Source: Bacteroidales bacterium UBA4347 (GTDB lineage: Bacteria; Bacteroidota; Bacteroidia; Bacteroidales; P3). Taken from it: 45,730 nt of DNA. A program made the translations under genes and the position numbers. The first letter of the stretch is position 1. Each line of letters begins with the position of its first letter. The notes below the pieces were generated by a model. It saw only the letters and a list, made by a program, of their open reading frames with translations, did not search any database and had not been told where the DNA came from. Location: assembly GCA_002394185.1 (NCBI GenBank), contig DGTB01000085.1:1-45730 (forward strand), read 5' to 3'. Positions 9,050-19,205 of this stretch are shown in pieces.

Positions 9050-9889
9050 TTAAATCTTCTTAATATGGTATTGGCGGAGGCCCTCGATGGGGTCGGCCAA
9101 CACCCCTTTGATTTCAAGGCCATGGTTCTTGGCGACAGGCTCAATGAGTGTTTTGATGCGCGCAGCAAACCCTCCAACAAGATAGAGCACCATGCAATGG
9201 GAAATCTTTAACAGATGATCCAACTGATAGTTATACCACTCTTCAAGACTGAAAAGAATCTCCGACGAGCAGTAGTCATCGTTAATATGTTCTACAGCAA
9301 ACCTCGCCAGCGACGCCAGGAACCGGTTGGCGTTGGGCTGATGGTAGACAGCGTCAAGAAATTCCTCCCTCGTCATTGGATAAGCATCATGGAATCTGGA
9401 AGATATATTCCTTGGCATACACCCCGAAAGGTAGTCTTGCAGCAGGCGACGACCTACATGGTTGGCCGACCCCTCATCGCCCAGAATGTATCCCGTGCTG
9501 GGCGCCTGATAGGCAATCTGGCGGCCGTCATAGTAGCAGGCGTTGCTGCCCGTGCCGAGGATGCCCACCAGGGCAGGCTGGTCGCCAGCGGTAGCACGGC
9601 AGGCGGCGAGCATGTCGGTCTCGACGTGTATATCGCTTGTTCCAAAGGCTTTAGTGAGCCATGCAGCCACCTTCCTGCGCTGGGCAGGAAGGCCGCAGCC
9701 GGCACCGTAGAAGTGAATTGAAAATTGAAAATTGAGAATTGGAAGTTGCTGGCGCACGGCGGCACAGGCGGCCATGAACTGCTCCTCGCTGGTGAAGTGG
9801 GGGTTCAAACCCTCGGTAACTATCATGTTGCCAGACTCCACCTCCATCCACGTGGTCTTGGTGCTACCGCTGTCGGCTATCAAGATCAT
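9050..9889 (-). CDS. BadF/BadG/BcrA/BcrD-type ATPase, N-acetylglucosamine kinase-like
   Basis: [12 protein letters not shown]...FYGAGC...GILGTGSN...GYILGDEGS motifs. The ATG at 9889 overlaps the pyrD stop (ATGA). The upstream R/H-rich extension in the track is rejected. Confidence 0.75.
   Translation of the reverse strand: MILIADSGSTKTTWMEVESGNMIVTEGLNPHFTSEEQFMAACAAVRQQLPILNFQFSIHFYGAGCGLPAQRRKVAAWLTKAFGTSDIHVETDMLAACRATAGDQPALVGILGTGSNACYYDGRQIAYQAPSTGYILGDEGSANHVGRRLLQDYLSGCMPRNISSRFHDAYPMTREEFLDAVYHQPNANRFLASLARFAVEHINDDYCSSEILFSLEEWYNYQLDHLLKISHCMVLYLVGGFAARIKTLIEPVAKNHGLEIKGVLADPIEGLRQYHIKKI
9713..9747 (+). repeat. C-free heptamer array inside the nagK-like CDS
   Basis: gtgaatt gaaaatt gaaaatt gagaatt ggaagtt. 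The coding (minus) strand reads [11 protein letters not shown] just before the FYGAGC motif. Confidence 0.9.
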
Positions 9890-10794
9890 ATGATGCCAAT
9901 AATCTCGTTGATATCGTTGATTCCATGGTTCTTGCACCAAGCCTCCATGCCGTCGATAATCTTGACGGTGACGGCGGGGTCGATGAAGTTGGCGGTGCCC
10001 ACCTCGACGGCCGTGGCGCCGGCCATAAGGAACTCGATGGCGTCCTCGGCGGTGCAGATACCACCCAGGCCCACCACGGGAATCTTCACGGCATGAGCCA
10101 CTTGCCACACCATACGCACGGCCACGGGCTTTACGGCGGGGCCGCTCAGGCCGCCCGTGATGTTGGCCATGCAGGGGCGACGGCGCTCGATGTCGATGGC
10201 CATGCCCAGCAGGGTGTTGATGAGACTCACGCTGTCGGCACCCGCGCCCTCGACGGCTTTGGCTATCTCGGCGATGTTGGTGACATTGGGCGAAAGCTTT
10301 ACTATCAGCGTCTTATGGTACACCTTGCGTACTGCCTCCACCACCTCGGCCGCCATCTCCGGCTGGGTGCCGAAGCCCATGCCGCCGTGCTTGACGTTGG
10401 GACACGAGATGTTCAGTTCGATGGCGGGAATCTTCTCCAGCGCGTCGATCTGCTCGGCCACGGAGCAGTATTCCTCGATGGAGGAGCCGCTGACGTTGAC
10501 GATGATATTGGTGTCTAAATGCTTGATTCTATGATATACTTCGGAGCAGAACTTCTCCACGCCGCCGTTCTGCAGGCCAACGCTGTTGAGCATACCCGAG
10601 GGGGTCTCCACCATGCGGGGATAGGGGTTGCCCTCGCGATGGGTGCCCGTGGTGCCTTTCACCACGAAGCCTCCCAGGCGGTTGAGGTCGATGAAGTCGG
10701 CGAACTCCTCGCCGTAGCCGAAGGTGCCGCTGGCGGTCATCACCGGGTTCTTCAGCTTGAGATTGTGTATCTTGACGTTTAACATTGGTACCAT
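9886..10794 (-). CDS. pyrD: Dihydroorotate dehydrogenase, class 1B catalytic subunit
   Basis: [18 protein letters not shown]...LNISCPNV...LSPNV...GGI motifs. Overlaps the pyrK stop. Confidence 0.9.
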   Translation of the reverse strand: MVPMLNVKIHNLKLKNPVMTASGTFGYGEEFADFIDLNRLGGFVVKGTTGTHREGNPYPRMVETPSGMLNSVGLQNGGVEKFCSEVYHRIKHLDTNIIVNVSGSSIEEYCSVAEQIDALEKIPAIELNISCPNVKHGGMGFGTQPEMAAEVVEAVRKVYHKTLIVKLSPNVTNIAEIAKAVEGAGADSVSLINTLLGMAIDIERRRPCMANITGGLSGPAVKPVAVRMVWQVAHAVKIPVVGLGGICTAEDAIEFLMAGATAVEVGTANFIDPAVTVKIIDGMEAWCKNHGINDINEIIGII

Positions 10795-11558
10795 TTTTTC
10801 ATTGTGGAAATATCAAACACCGGACCGTCCTTGCAGACGCAGCGGTGCCCCTGGTCGGTGTCGGTCACGCAGCAGAGGCAGGCGCCGACGCCGCAGGCCA
10901 TCATGTTCTCCAGGCTCACCTCGCATCGCAGACCCCGCTCGGCGGCGCTGCGGGCCACGGCCTTCATCATCGGCGTGGGACCGCAGGTGTAGACCATGTC
11001 ATAGCTTTCGGCAAAGGCAGGATGCTGGGTAACAAGGCCTTTGTGGCCCAGCGAACCGTCGTCGGTGGCGATGCAGAGGCGACCGAAGGGTTCGAAAGCA
11101 TCGCGCACGGGAATAAGGTTCTCGTTGCGGCCACCGAGGATGATGGTGCAGTCCACACCCCTTGCTTTCAACACCTTGGCGAGGTGGAGCAACGGGGCTG
11201 TGCCGGCGCCGCCACCCACAAGGACAGCACGGCTGCCGGCGGCGAGGCCGGTGCTGAAACCATGACCCAGGGGGTAGACCACATTGAGGCTCTCACCCTC
11301 CTTCAGTTGGGCCAGACGACGGGTGCCGTTGCCGACAATCTGCACCAGAAGAGTCATCGTACCAGTCTTTTCGTCCACATCGTGTACCGAAATGGGGCGG
11401 CGCAGCATCACCTTGGGCTCTCCCTCCACCTGCACTTCCACAAACTGGCCGGGCGCCACAGGCTGCATGGTGCCGCCATGCCCCAGCACAAGCATGAAAT
11501 AACTCTCGCCCAGCTGGCGCCGATGAAGAATCTTGAAATCGTGTATCTCTTTCATCAA
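10779..11558 (-). CDS. pyrK: Dihydroorotate dehydrogenase electron-transfer subunit
   Basis: FAD/NAD-binding fold plus a C-terminal 2Fe-2S cluster motif [10 protein letters not shown]...C. Confidence 0.85.
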   Translation of the reverse strand: MMKEIHDFKILHRRQLGESYFMLVLGHGGTMQPVAPGQFVEVQVEGEPKVMLRRPISVHDVDEKTGTMTLLVQIVGNGTRRLAQLKEGESLNVVYPLGHGFSTGLAAGSRAVLVGGGAGTAPLLHLAKVLKARGVDCTIILGGRNENLIPVRDAFEPFGRLCIATDDGSLGHKGLVTQHPAFAESYDMVYTCGPTPMMKAVARSAAERGLRCEVSLENMMACGVGACLCCVTDTDQGHRCVCKDGPVFDISTMKKWYQC

Positions 11559-11680
11559 AATAAACTGTTTTTCCTATTGATAACGCTCCCCGGCAAAAAA
11601 TATTGTGGCGCTGGATTTTTTTAGGGACGATTTGACACTTTCACCTTTCCCACGGCCTTTCATCCCCCGTTTTTCGCCCT

Positions 11681-11752
11681 ATCATCTCCTACGATGGTAG
11701 GAGTTGGTAAGGAGTTGATAAGGACTTGGTAAGGGGTTGGTAAGGGGATAAT
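11681..11752 (+). repeat. Dispersed element, copy 1: 7-bp hairpin plus 11-mer tandem array
   Basis: atcatCTCCTACgatgGTAGGAGttg gtaaggagttg ataaggacttg gtaaggggttg gtaagggg. The core catctcctacRatggtaggagttgg recurs inverted at 19762..19843. Confidence 0.85.
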
Positions 11753-11866
11753 ACTTCGGATGGCATTGAAAAGCAGTTACTTATCGCCGAAAGGACGCAA
11801 ATCTGCCCCGTCAGCGGAAGGAAATATGACAAAAAGGCGGTTTTTTCCCGCTTCCCCAGACGTGGT

Positions 11867-13291
11867 TCACGTGCGGCGACGGAACAGGCGGCGGAAGAAT
11901 TTGCGCCACGAGGAACCGTCGAAGAAGGAAGAGTCTGTGGTGGCCTGGAGCGTCAGCACGATACCTATTGGCAGCATGACGAGCGACGAAATCCACATGC
12001 CTTCGGGGCCGATGGCGGACTCTCGGACGGCCTTCTCGGCTATCATGCCCACCACATAGTAGAGCACAAAGAAGCCCACCGACGCCACCAACGGCAGTCC
12101 CAAGCCTCCCTTGCGGACGATGGATCCGAAGGGGGCCCCGATGAGGAAAAGCAGCAGGCAGGCGATGGAGAGGGTGAACTTGCGGTGCCACTCGATGTAG
12201 TGGCGGTTGATGTATTCGCGGTCGCTTTCCACCATATCGGTATACAATTTGGCATCCTGCTGAGCACTGACGACGGCATTACGGGCATGCAGACGAGCCA
12301 TGCGACGCTCCTTGCCAGGTAGGCTATAGAGAAGGCTGTCGACAGACACTGTCTTGGCAGCATGCTGGACGGTATCAATGGTCTTGTACTGAGCCCAAGC
12401 ACGAAGGTTGCTGAGCATGTTAGTGTGGTACTGACCGATGCGTTCGCCAAGAGACTTCTCCAGTCCGACAATGGAAGTGTCCAACTGATTGATATTCATC
12501 ATTTGATAGCTGCCTTTGAAGTTCTCCTCCACACTCTTGTTGAAGGCAAAAGAGGAGATGTCGAAATTGAGCGACTGCTGGCGGAAGCCAATGGAGGTCA
12601 GCGGGCGGGTACGGAAGTTTTCTCCCGAAGTTTCCTCGGAATAGGAATAGCCATCATAGAGGGTAAACTTGAGGTACATGTTGTCGGGCGAAGGCTCCAT
12701 GATACCCCGTTTGGCGACAATAACGGTGGTTTCGGACATGCCGCGGGTGTGGTCATAGATAATGACATCTTGAAGTGTGCGTCCGTCATGACCTTTGGAG
12801 CCCACACGGATGACATAGCCTTCGAACTCCTTATAGTACTCGCCCGGACGGATATTGACAGCGGGCTTCTTGCGTGTGATGTCATAGAGCGTCATGCGGT
12901 ATTTGAGCATGGCGGTGGGCATGACATTGTTGGCGAAATAGAAGGCCATACCTGTAAGCAACAGTACCACAGCGGCCATAGGCATCATGGCGCGGCGCAC
13001 CGAAATGCCGCCAGCTTTCATGGCCACAAGCTCGTACTTCTCGCCGAAATTGCCCATGGTCATGATGGAGGCGAAGAGCACAGCAATAGGCAGTGCCATG
13101 GGGACAAAGGTAGCAGAAGCGTACATCAGCAGTTCGGCGATGACGCTGAACTCGAGTCCCTTGCCCACAAGATCGTCCACATACTTCCACACAAACTGCA
13201 TCAGCAGCACCAACACCGAGAGGGTGAAGGTGAGCACCAGAGGTCCAATGAAGGAGCGGAGTATAAGACGGTCTATTTTTTTCATTGCCAA
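11867..13291 (-). CDS. LptF/LptG family permease
   Basis: 474 aa. KKIDRLILRSFIGPLVLTFTLSVLVLLMQFVWKYVDDLVGKGL, multiple TM segments and a large periplasmic loop. Confidence 0.85.
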   Translation of the reverse strand: MAMKKIDRLILRSFIGPLVLTFTLSVLVLLMQFVWKYVDDLVGKGLEFSVIAELLMYASATFVPMALPIAVLFASIMTMGNFGEKYELVAMKAGGISVRRAMMPMAAVVLLLTGMAFYFANNVMPTAMLKYRMTLYDITRKKPAVNIRPGEYYKEFEGYVIRVGSKGHDGRTLQDVIIYDHTRGMSETTVIVAKRGIMEPSPDNMYLKFTLYDGYSYSEETSGENFRTRPLTSIGFRQQSLNFDISSFAFNKSVEENFKGSYQMMNINQLDTSIVGLEKSLGERIGQYHTNMLSNLRAWAQYKTIDTVQHAAKTVSVDSLLYSLPGKERRMARLHARNAVVSAQQDAKLYTDMVESDREYINRHYIEWHRKFTLSIACLLLFLIGAPFGSIVRKGGLGLPLVASVGFFVLYYVVGMIAEKAVRESAIGPEGMWISSLVMLPIGIVLTLQATTDSSFFDGSSWRKFFRRLFRRRT

Positions 13292-13294
13292 AGG

Positions 13295-14704
13295 TTAAAA
13301 TTTACCACTCAGCCACCGCCAGATGTCGTTGCCATTGGCAAAAATCATCAGCGCCAACAGCAGGAACATGCCGATGCTTTGGGCGTAAGAGAGGAAGTTG
13401 TCCGAGGGCTTGCGGCGCGTGATGATCTCCCACAGGGTGAAGAGAATATGTCCACCATCAAGTCCCGGAATAGGAATAACGTTCATGAAAGCCAGGATGA
13501 GGGCCAGGAGGGCCGTGAGGGTCCAGAAAGCCTGCCAGTCCCACTGGTCAGGGAAGAGGTCGGCCATGGCACCGAAGCCACCCAGATTCTGTGCTCCGCC
13601 GGGAGCAAAGAGCATCTTGAGGCCAGAGACATAGGTAACCAGCTGGTTCCATCCGTGGACAATGCCTGCCGGGATGGCCTCGAAGAGGTTGTAGTCGGTA
13701 TGGACAAGGAGCTTGGAGGAGAAAAGCTTGGACAGATCGTTCTCGCACTGCACGCCGAGTTTGCCCTTGCTGTTGACGGTGACAGGCAATGAGTCGAGCT
13801 GTCCCTGGCGGTAGAATCCCACCATCACCGTCTGGTCGGCCTTCTCGGCCAGGTAGGGGGTGATGTCCTGGAAGATGTGCATCGGCTGCCCGTCGAGGCT
13901 CACCACGCTGTCGCCAGCCATCATGCCGGCTTTCTCGGCAGGCGAACCCGAGACGAAGGACTTGACGACAAAGGGGGTGCGGAGAGTCATGAGCTGCTTG
14001 ACACGCTCCTGATTGACGCGCTCCGCCAGGTGGCCACTGAGGTTGAGGGTGACGGTAGAATCACCACGACGAACCGTGACCTGGCGAGCATCGCCCAAAA
14101 GGAGCATCTTGTTGGCCTCCGTGTAGTCGTCCACCACCGAGTCATCGATGGAGCATATAACGTCGCCGTTCTGGAAGCCCTCGTCGAGCATTACCTCGGC
14201 ATACTGGAAACCGTGGGTGGCGTTGTGCATCGGCAACTCGTCTTTGCCCCAGTGGGCGAAGATGATACCGTAGAGCAGCATGGCAGTGACGAAGTTGACC
14301 AACACACCGCCCGATATGATGCAGAGGCGCTGCCAGGCAGGTTTGGTACGGTACTCCCAGGGCTGGGGTTCGGCCGCAAGGTCTTCCTTGTCCTTAGTTT
14401 CGTCAATCATGCCCGCAATGTCGCAGTAGCCTCCGAGGGGTATCCATCCCAGGCCCCAGAGGGTGTTGTCCTGGTCCTCGGGACGCAAGTTCTTCTCGTC
14501 CCAGCTGTCGGGCGTGGTGGCGTTGAACCACAGGAAGTGCCATTTGCCATCGAACTTCTTGGCTTTGAGGATGGAGAACTTCCAATTAAAAAAGATATAG
14601 TACCTACGCACACGCGTATGGAACAGTTTAGCGAAAGCCAGATGTCCCAGTTCGTGGGTGGCCACGAGGATGGAGAGACTGAGGATAAGGGCTATCCAAT
14701 TCAT
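13295..14704 (-). CDS. rseP: RIP metalloprotease RseP (site-2 protease)
   Basis: HELGH near the N-terminus, PDZ-like middle and a C-terminal membrane domain. ATGA overlap with the dxr stop. Confidence 0.9.
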   Translation of the reverse strand: MNWIALILSLSILVATHELGHLAFAKLFHTRVRRYYIFFNWKFSILKAKKFDGKWHFLWFNATTPDSWDEKNLRPEDQDNTLWGLGWIPLGGYCDIAGMIDETKDKEDLAAEPQPWEYRTKPAWQRLCIISGGVLVNFVTAMLLYGIIFAHWGKDELPMHNATHGFQYAEVMLDEGFQNGDVICSIDDSVVDDYTEANKMLLLGDARQVTVRRGDSTVTLNLSGHLAERVNQERVKQLMTLRTPFVVKSFVSGSPAEKAGMMAGDSVVSLDGQPMHIFQDITPYLAEKADQTVMVGFYRQGQLDSLPVTVNSKGKLGVQCENDLSKLFSSKLLVHTDYNLFEAIPAGIVHGWNQLVTYVSGLKMLFAPGGAQNLGGFGAMADLFPDQWDWQAFWTLTALLALILAFMNVIPIPGLDGGHILFTLWEIITRRKPSDNFLSYAQSIGMFLLLALMIFANGNDIWRWLSGKF

Positions 14705-15834
14705 TGCATTCTGATGTTTTTATCGGTTAGGAAAAGGTCGTCGAGGGTGGGGTTGGCAATGAACGGGGCGCGCTGCATGGCCTCCTCTACCCTGTCGGCG
14801 ATGTCGAGGAAACGGATCTTCCCGTCGATGAACTGCTGCACCGCCACCTCGTTGGCAGCGTTCATTACACAGGGCATGTTGCCTCCGCGCCCGATGGCCT
14901 GGTAGGCCAGGTCCAGACAGCGGAAGGTCTTGCGGTCGGGCTTTTCGAAGGTGAGGTTGGGATACTGGGCGAAGTCGAGGCGCGGCAGGTGGCTCTCTAT
15001 GCGCTCGGGATAGGAGAAGGCAAACTGGATGGGGGTCTCCATGGAGGGGATGCCCAGCTGGGCCTTGATGCTGCCGTCGCAGAACTGCACCATGGAGTGC
15101 ACCACCGACTGCGGGTGCACTACCACCTCGATGTCCTCCGCGTCGACACCGAAGAGCCATTTGGCTTCAATTACCTCCAGGCCCTTGTTCATCAGCGAGG
15201 CGCTGTCGATGGTCACCTTGCGGCCCATCTTCCAGTTGGGGTGGTTCAGGGCCTGCTCCAGGGTGACGCCCTCCAGCTGTTCGCGTGTACGTCCACGGAA
15301 GGGGCCGCCAGAGGCTGTGAGGAGGATCTTGTCGATGGCACCCTCGCCGATGAGGCATTGGAAGATGGCCGAGTGCTCGCTATCCACAGGCAGTATGGGC
15401 ACATGGTGCTGCTGAGCGGCGGCAGTGACAATGCTGCCGGCCACCACCATGGTCTCCTTGTTGGCCAAAGCAATGGGTTTTCCATACTCGATGGCACGCA
15501 TCGTAGGCCGCACGCCAGCAAATCCCACGATGGCAGCCAACACAAGGTCGATGGTGCTCATCTCCATAAGGTCAGCAATGGCGACCTCGCCGGCAAAAAC
15601 TTTAATGCCATGGGGCTGCAAAGCCTCGCTAACCTGGGTATACTTACTTTCGTCAGCAATGGCCACGGCGTTGGGGTCGAACTCCAATGCCTGCTGGATA
15701 AGCAGGTCGGCATTGCTACCAGCGCACAGCACTTCGACGGCAAAGAGGTCGCGGTGGCGACGGATGACGTTGAGTGCCTGACTCCCAATAGAGCCCGTAG
15801 ATCCTAATATAGCTATTCTTTTCGTAGTACTTAT
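14701..15834 (-). CDS. dxr: 1-deoxy-D-xylulose-5-phosphate reductoisomerase
   Basis: The track starts at a GTG (15732), but the indispensable NADPH motif KRIAILGSTGSIGSQALNVIRRH is encoded in frame upstream. That frame opens after a TAA at 15838..15840 and holds no ATG/GTG/TTG. The 5' end is tentatively set at the ATA at 15834. Confidence 0.8.
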   Translation of the reverse strand: MSTTKRIAILGSTGSIGSQALNVIRRHRDLFAVEVLCAGSNADLLIQQALEFDPNAVAIADESKYTQVSEALQPHGIKVFAGEVAIADLMEMSTIDLVLAAIVGFAGVRPTMRAIEYGKPIALANKETMVVAGSIVTAAAQQHHVPILPVDSEHSAIFQCLIGEGAIDKILLTASGGPFRGRTREQLEGVTLEQALNHPNWKMGRKVTIDSASLMNKGLEVIEAKWLFGVDAEDIEVVVHPQSVVHSMVQFCDGSIKAQLGIPSMETPIQFAFSYPERIESHLPRLDFAQYPNLTFEKPDRKTFRCLDLAYQAIGRGGNMPCVMNAANEVAVQQFIDGKIRFLDIADRVEEAMQRAPFIANPTLDDLFLTDKNIRMQ

Positions 15835-15844
15835 TCCTTATTAT

Positions 15845-16753
15845 TTAGTTGAACGAGATGTATTCCTCTGGATTGACTGGCGACCCATTGACCCACATCT
15901 CGAAATGCAGATGAGGTCCTGGTTCGTGGCTACCCGAATTGCCCACATAGGCGATGGGCTCACCGGCTCTCACTGCGTCCCCCTGGTGTTTGAGGGGCAT
16001 ATTGGTGTTGCGATATACAGTGATGACATTTCCAGGGTGTTGTATAGAAATCACATATCCTGATTCGGCGGTAAACTGGGCCGAAACCACAGTGCCACCA
16101 TAGGCTGCGTAGACTGGCTGCCCTACCGCACCACTAATATCGATGCCCAAGTGGCGGCCCGCTGCATCGAAAAGATTGAGACGATTTCCCTTTAAGGGAG
16201 GGTAGAACAAATGGGAAAGGGCAGGCGAACTCTCGGCATTGGGCACCGAGACAGAAGCCGACTTCACCTGGTAGCGGTTATCCTCGCGTTCCACTTCTTG
16301 GCGGAGCAATGAGTCTTCGACAGAGCGTCGATAGACAGTAGCCAGCTGTTGCAACGTAGCAGTGGAATCGGTGGCAATACTTTGGACATCCTCACCCATC
16401 TCCTTGCCCGACAACACCGCCTGTATTGTGTTCACAAGCCACTCTTGTTCGGCGAGTTGAGTCTCCAAAGAGTCAATCTTTCGTGCATTGACGTATGTTT
16501 GCTCCACCATAGCATTGTCGGTGTAGCCCGGAATCAATTCTCGCAACGGTGTGAAAGCGATGAGAACCGTCGTAAGAACAATGAAGACGATGACAGTGAT
16601 ACCAATAGTGACAAAAAGATTGGTGCCCGACAGTTGGAAGGAAAACTTCTCCTTGAAAGTGTCGGTGTCCATCACCACGAAGCGGTGCTTGTGCTTGATG
16701 ACGTCGGCTACGGGTTTGCTCCGCAACCTATCCCACCATTCTTTTATCTTCAT
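15845..16753 (-). CDS. M23 family metallopeptidase (LytM domain)
   Basis: N-terminal TM segment, coiled region, and C-terminal HLGIDI...GNSG...GPHLHFE motifs. Confidence 0.85.
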   Translation of the reverse strand: MKIKEWWDRLRSKPVADVIKHKHRFVVMDTDTFKEKFSFQLSGTNLFVTIGITVIVFIVLTTVLIAFTPLRELIPGYTDNAMVEQTYVNARKIDSLETQLAEQEWLVNTIQAVLSGKEMGEDVQSIATDSTATLQQLATVYRRSVEDSLLRQEVEREDNRYQVKSASVSVPNAESSPALSHLFYPPLKGNRLNLFDAAGRHLGIDISGAVGQPVYAAYGGTVVSAQFTAESGYVISIQHPGNVITVYRNTNMPLKHQGDAVRAGEPIAYVGNSGSHEPGPHLHFEMWVNGSPVNPEEYISFN

Positions 16754-16767
16754 CGTTCATCTGCTGT

Positions 16768-16830
16768 GAAAATCGAAAGTGGAAAGTGGATGCCTTGCCT
16801 GAACGGCCAGCACTTCCACTTTCCACTTCC
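16768..16830. repeat. Hairpin built from GAAAGTG heptamers
   Basis: Perfect 14-bp stem AAGTGGAAAGTGGA (16777..16790) / TCCACTTTCCACTT (16815..16828) with a 24-nt loop, between the ppiD-like stop and the M23 start. Confidence 0.85.
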
Positions 16831-16852
16831 CATTGTCAACTATTCTTTCTGT

Positions 16853-18967
16853 TTAGAAGTGCTCGTTGCGGGTATCTTCAATCTTAGCCTTCTGACGAAG
16901 CACCTCGGTAATCTGACGCACTTTGTTGCGGTAGCCCTGCTCAAGCTGAGTCTTCATCAGGTTGGCATCCATGCCTTCGGCCTGGGCCTTGCCGTCAACC
17001 TGCACCATGTAGATACCGTTGGCGCCCTTGATGGGATTGGTCATACCGCTCTTGGTGGCAGCAATAACGGACTGGACCTTAGGCTCCATACCGAACTTGC
17101 CAAAGTAGTTGCCGCCGTAGGAGACACTGTCGAGAGTGTCGACGGTCATATTCACTTTGGTGGCGAAGGAGTTGATATCCTTGGCAACCTTGGCGGCCTC
17201 TTCGGCACGAGCCAACTGAAGCTCAGCCTTCTTTTCGCGGCGCACATCCTGCTCAATCATAGGACGAACCTGCTCGAGGGTAGCATAGCCTTTCTTATAG
17301 ATCTCTTTCAAGGCGGGGACAATATACATGCCGTCGCATTCGTAGACCTGATCGGCCACAGCACCCATCTGGGTTTCCTTGTTGAAAGCCCAGCGCACAA
17401 TCTCACGAGCGTTGTTCACACCAGGAAGGCCTTCCGACATCATAGCCACACGAGCATTGCGCACCTGCAAGTTCTCCTGCTGGGCACTGGCCTCGAACGA
17501 TTTAATGGTTCGGTTCTGGGAAGCGAACTTATGAGCGGCGGTGTAGACTGCATCATTGGTAGCCTTCGAGGGGACAATCTCACGAGTGATGAGAGCAACA
17601 CGGTATTTCTTGGTGGCGGGGGTCTTATCGGTGACCTTCACAATGAAGTAGCCGATACCATCAGGACGCTCATAGATGAAGTGTCCTCCAACAGGGGTGT
17701 TGACAATCTGCTCGTTGAGCACACCATAGTTGCCATCAAGCTGCCAATCCATGTCTCCCTTGGTCTCGCTCTTCTGAGGATCGTCGCTGAACTGCTCCAC
17801 GGCATCCTCAAAATTGATACGGTTGGCGTTGAGCATGGCAAGCACGCTGTCGGCCAAATGCTTGGCTTGTTCCTCACTGCGGGTGGTAATGTTGCCGCCC
17901 ACTTTGCTGTTGAAGATATAGATGACACTGGCGCGCAAGCTGTCGGGACGCACAGCGGTACCCATCACCTTGGCCATCATCCATTCATTACCCACAATGG
18001 CGGGCTCAATCATCGTACCAGCAGCGGCAGCCTCAATCTGGACATCCATAGGGGCGCGGAAACTACTGGCCTTGACGTAGCTGGAGTCGTAGCTGCGGCT
18101 CGACTCACCATTGACGAAATAAGGAATCTCCTCGTCTTCGATAGTCTGGAACTCTTCCCAAGTTTTCTTGACAGAGGCCTCGATGTCAGCCAAGTCTTGT
18201 GCGGTGGGGTTCACCGGATAGGCAATGAACTCCAGGTCACGCAGCTCATCAACCACGCGGAACTCATTCTTATGCTCGTCATAATATTTCTTGTAGTCAG
18301 CATCGGCAAGGGTCACCTCGTCGTCGCTCACACTCTGGAAGGGCAGAGCCACCACACGGACATTGGAGACCTCCTGGGTGTAGGCAGCCACCTTCTCGGC
18401 CAAGGTTTTAGGCATGTAGAAGCCGGAGAGAATCAGAGAGGCATACTTCTGCTGCATACGATCCTTCTTCACAGCCTTTTCCACCTCGACCCACTGCAGG
18501 CGCTGGGCAGTATCCATGGCGCTGAGGTTCTCGATGGTACGACGCACGCCGAGGGTGTCGTAAACACCTGTCTGGGGATTTGTAAAATACTGACGGAGTA
18601 AGGGGTGGATGAATTTACCAGTGTACATGTCGCCCATCTCATTGGAGGTCACCTGCAGACCCAGCATGCCAGCCTGCTCCTCGAAGAGAGTCTCTTCAAC
18701 GAACTCGGCCCACACGCTCTCGCGGATGCGGCTCTGCATCTCCGAAGGAATCTGGGCCACCTGCTGCTGCATCTTGTAGTTGGTCTCGGCACGCTCGACC
18801 AACTCGTCGAAACGCTGACGCGTCATCGTCTCGCCGTTCACAGAACCCATATCGGGTATACCACGATTGTTCTTGGTCAAGTCACCAAGGATGAACGCAA
18901 TAATAGCAATACCGACCAGCAGTACTGCCACCCACGAATGTTTTCTAATACTTCCAATAATTCCCAT
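16853..18967 (-). CDS. PpiD/SurA-like periplasmic peptidyl-prolyl isomerase/chaperone
   Basis: 704 aa with an N-terminal TM anchor (WVAVLLVGIAIIAFILG) and overall PpiD-like organisation. Confidence 0.75.
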   Translation of the reverse strand: MGIIGSIRKHSWVAVLLVGIAIIAFILGDLTKNNRGIPDMGSVNGETMTRQRFDELVERAETNYKMQQQVAQIPSEMQSRIRESVWAEFVEETLFEEQAGMLGLQVTSNEMGDMYTGKFIHPLLRQYFTNPQTGVYDTLGVRRTIENLSAMDTAQRLQWVEVEKAVKKDRMQQKYASLILSGFYMPKTLAEKVAAYTQEVSNVRVVALPFQSVSDDEVTLADADYKKYYDEHKNEFRVVDELRDLEFIAYPVNPTAQDLADIEASVKKTWEEFQTIEDEEIPYFVNGESSRSYDSSYVKASSFRAPMDVQIEAAAAGTMIEPAIVGNEWMMAKVMGTAVRPDSLRASVIYIFNSKVGGNITTRSEEQAKHLADSVLAMLNANRINFEDAVEQFSDDPQKSETKGDMDWQLDGNYGVLNEQIVNTPVGGHFIYERPDGIGYFIVKVTDKTPATKKYRVALITREIVPSKATNDAVYTAAHKFASQNRTIKSFEASAQQENLQVRNARVAMMSEGLPGVNNAREIVRWAFNKETQMGAVADQVYECDGMYIVPALKEIYKKGYATLEQVRPMIEQDVRREKKAELQLARAEEAAKVAKDINSFATKVNMTVDTLDSVSYGGNYFGKFGMEPKVQSVIAATKSGMTNPIKGANGIYMVQVDGKAQAEGMDANLMKTQLEQGYRNKVRQITEVLRQKAKIEDTRNEHF

Positions 18968-19046
18968 TTTGTTTAGTTTGTTTTTTAGCGCACTATGTGC
19001 TTTTTGTTATTATTTTTATTTATTTTTTTTCTTTAAATTAAGTTTG

Positions 19047-19054
19047 CAAAAGTA
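19047..19054 (-). promoter_or_regulatory. -7 box TActTTTG for the ppiD-like gene
   Basis: Reverse complement of caaaagta is TACTTTTG, in an AT-rich spacer about 80 nt upstream of the start at 18967. Confidence 0.4.
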
Positions 19055-19205
19055 CAAAGAATTATTTTTTTAGAAAAATTTTTTTTACTCCACACAATGG
19101 TTCAATTTTATAAAATACATAAAATCAGTAACGAAGAGAATGAATTTTTCTTCATCTGCAATGGATCTCCTACTGGCAAAAACAATCTACAGAACCCTCT
19201 GGCGT

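Noticed and set aside
12362-13792. 476-aa plus-strand ORF
   Set aside because: It is antisense to the lptF/G-like and rseP genes, and its composition is of antisense type.
16349-18601. 750-aa plus-strand ORF
   Set aside because: It is antisense to the ppiD-like and M23 genes, has no motifs, and shows the same antisense-type composition.
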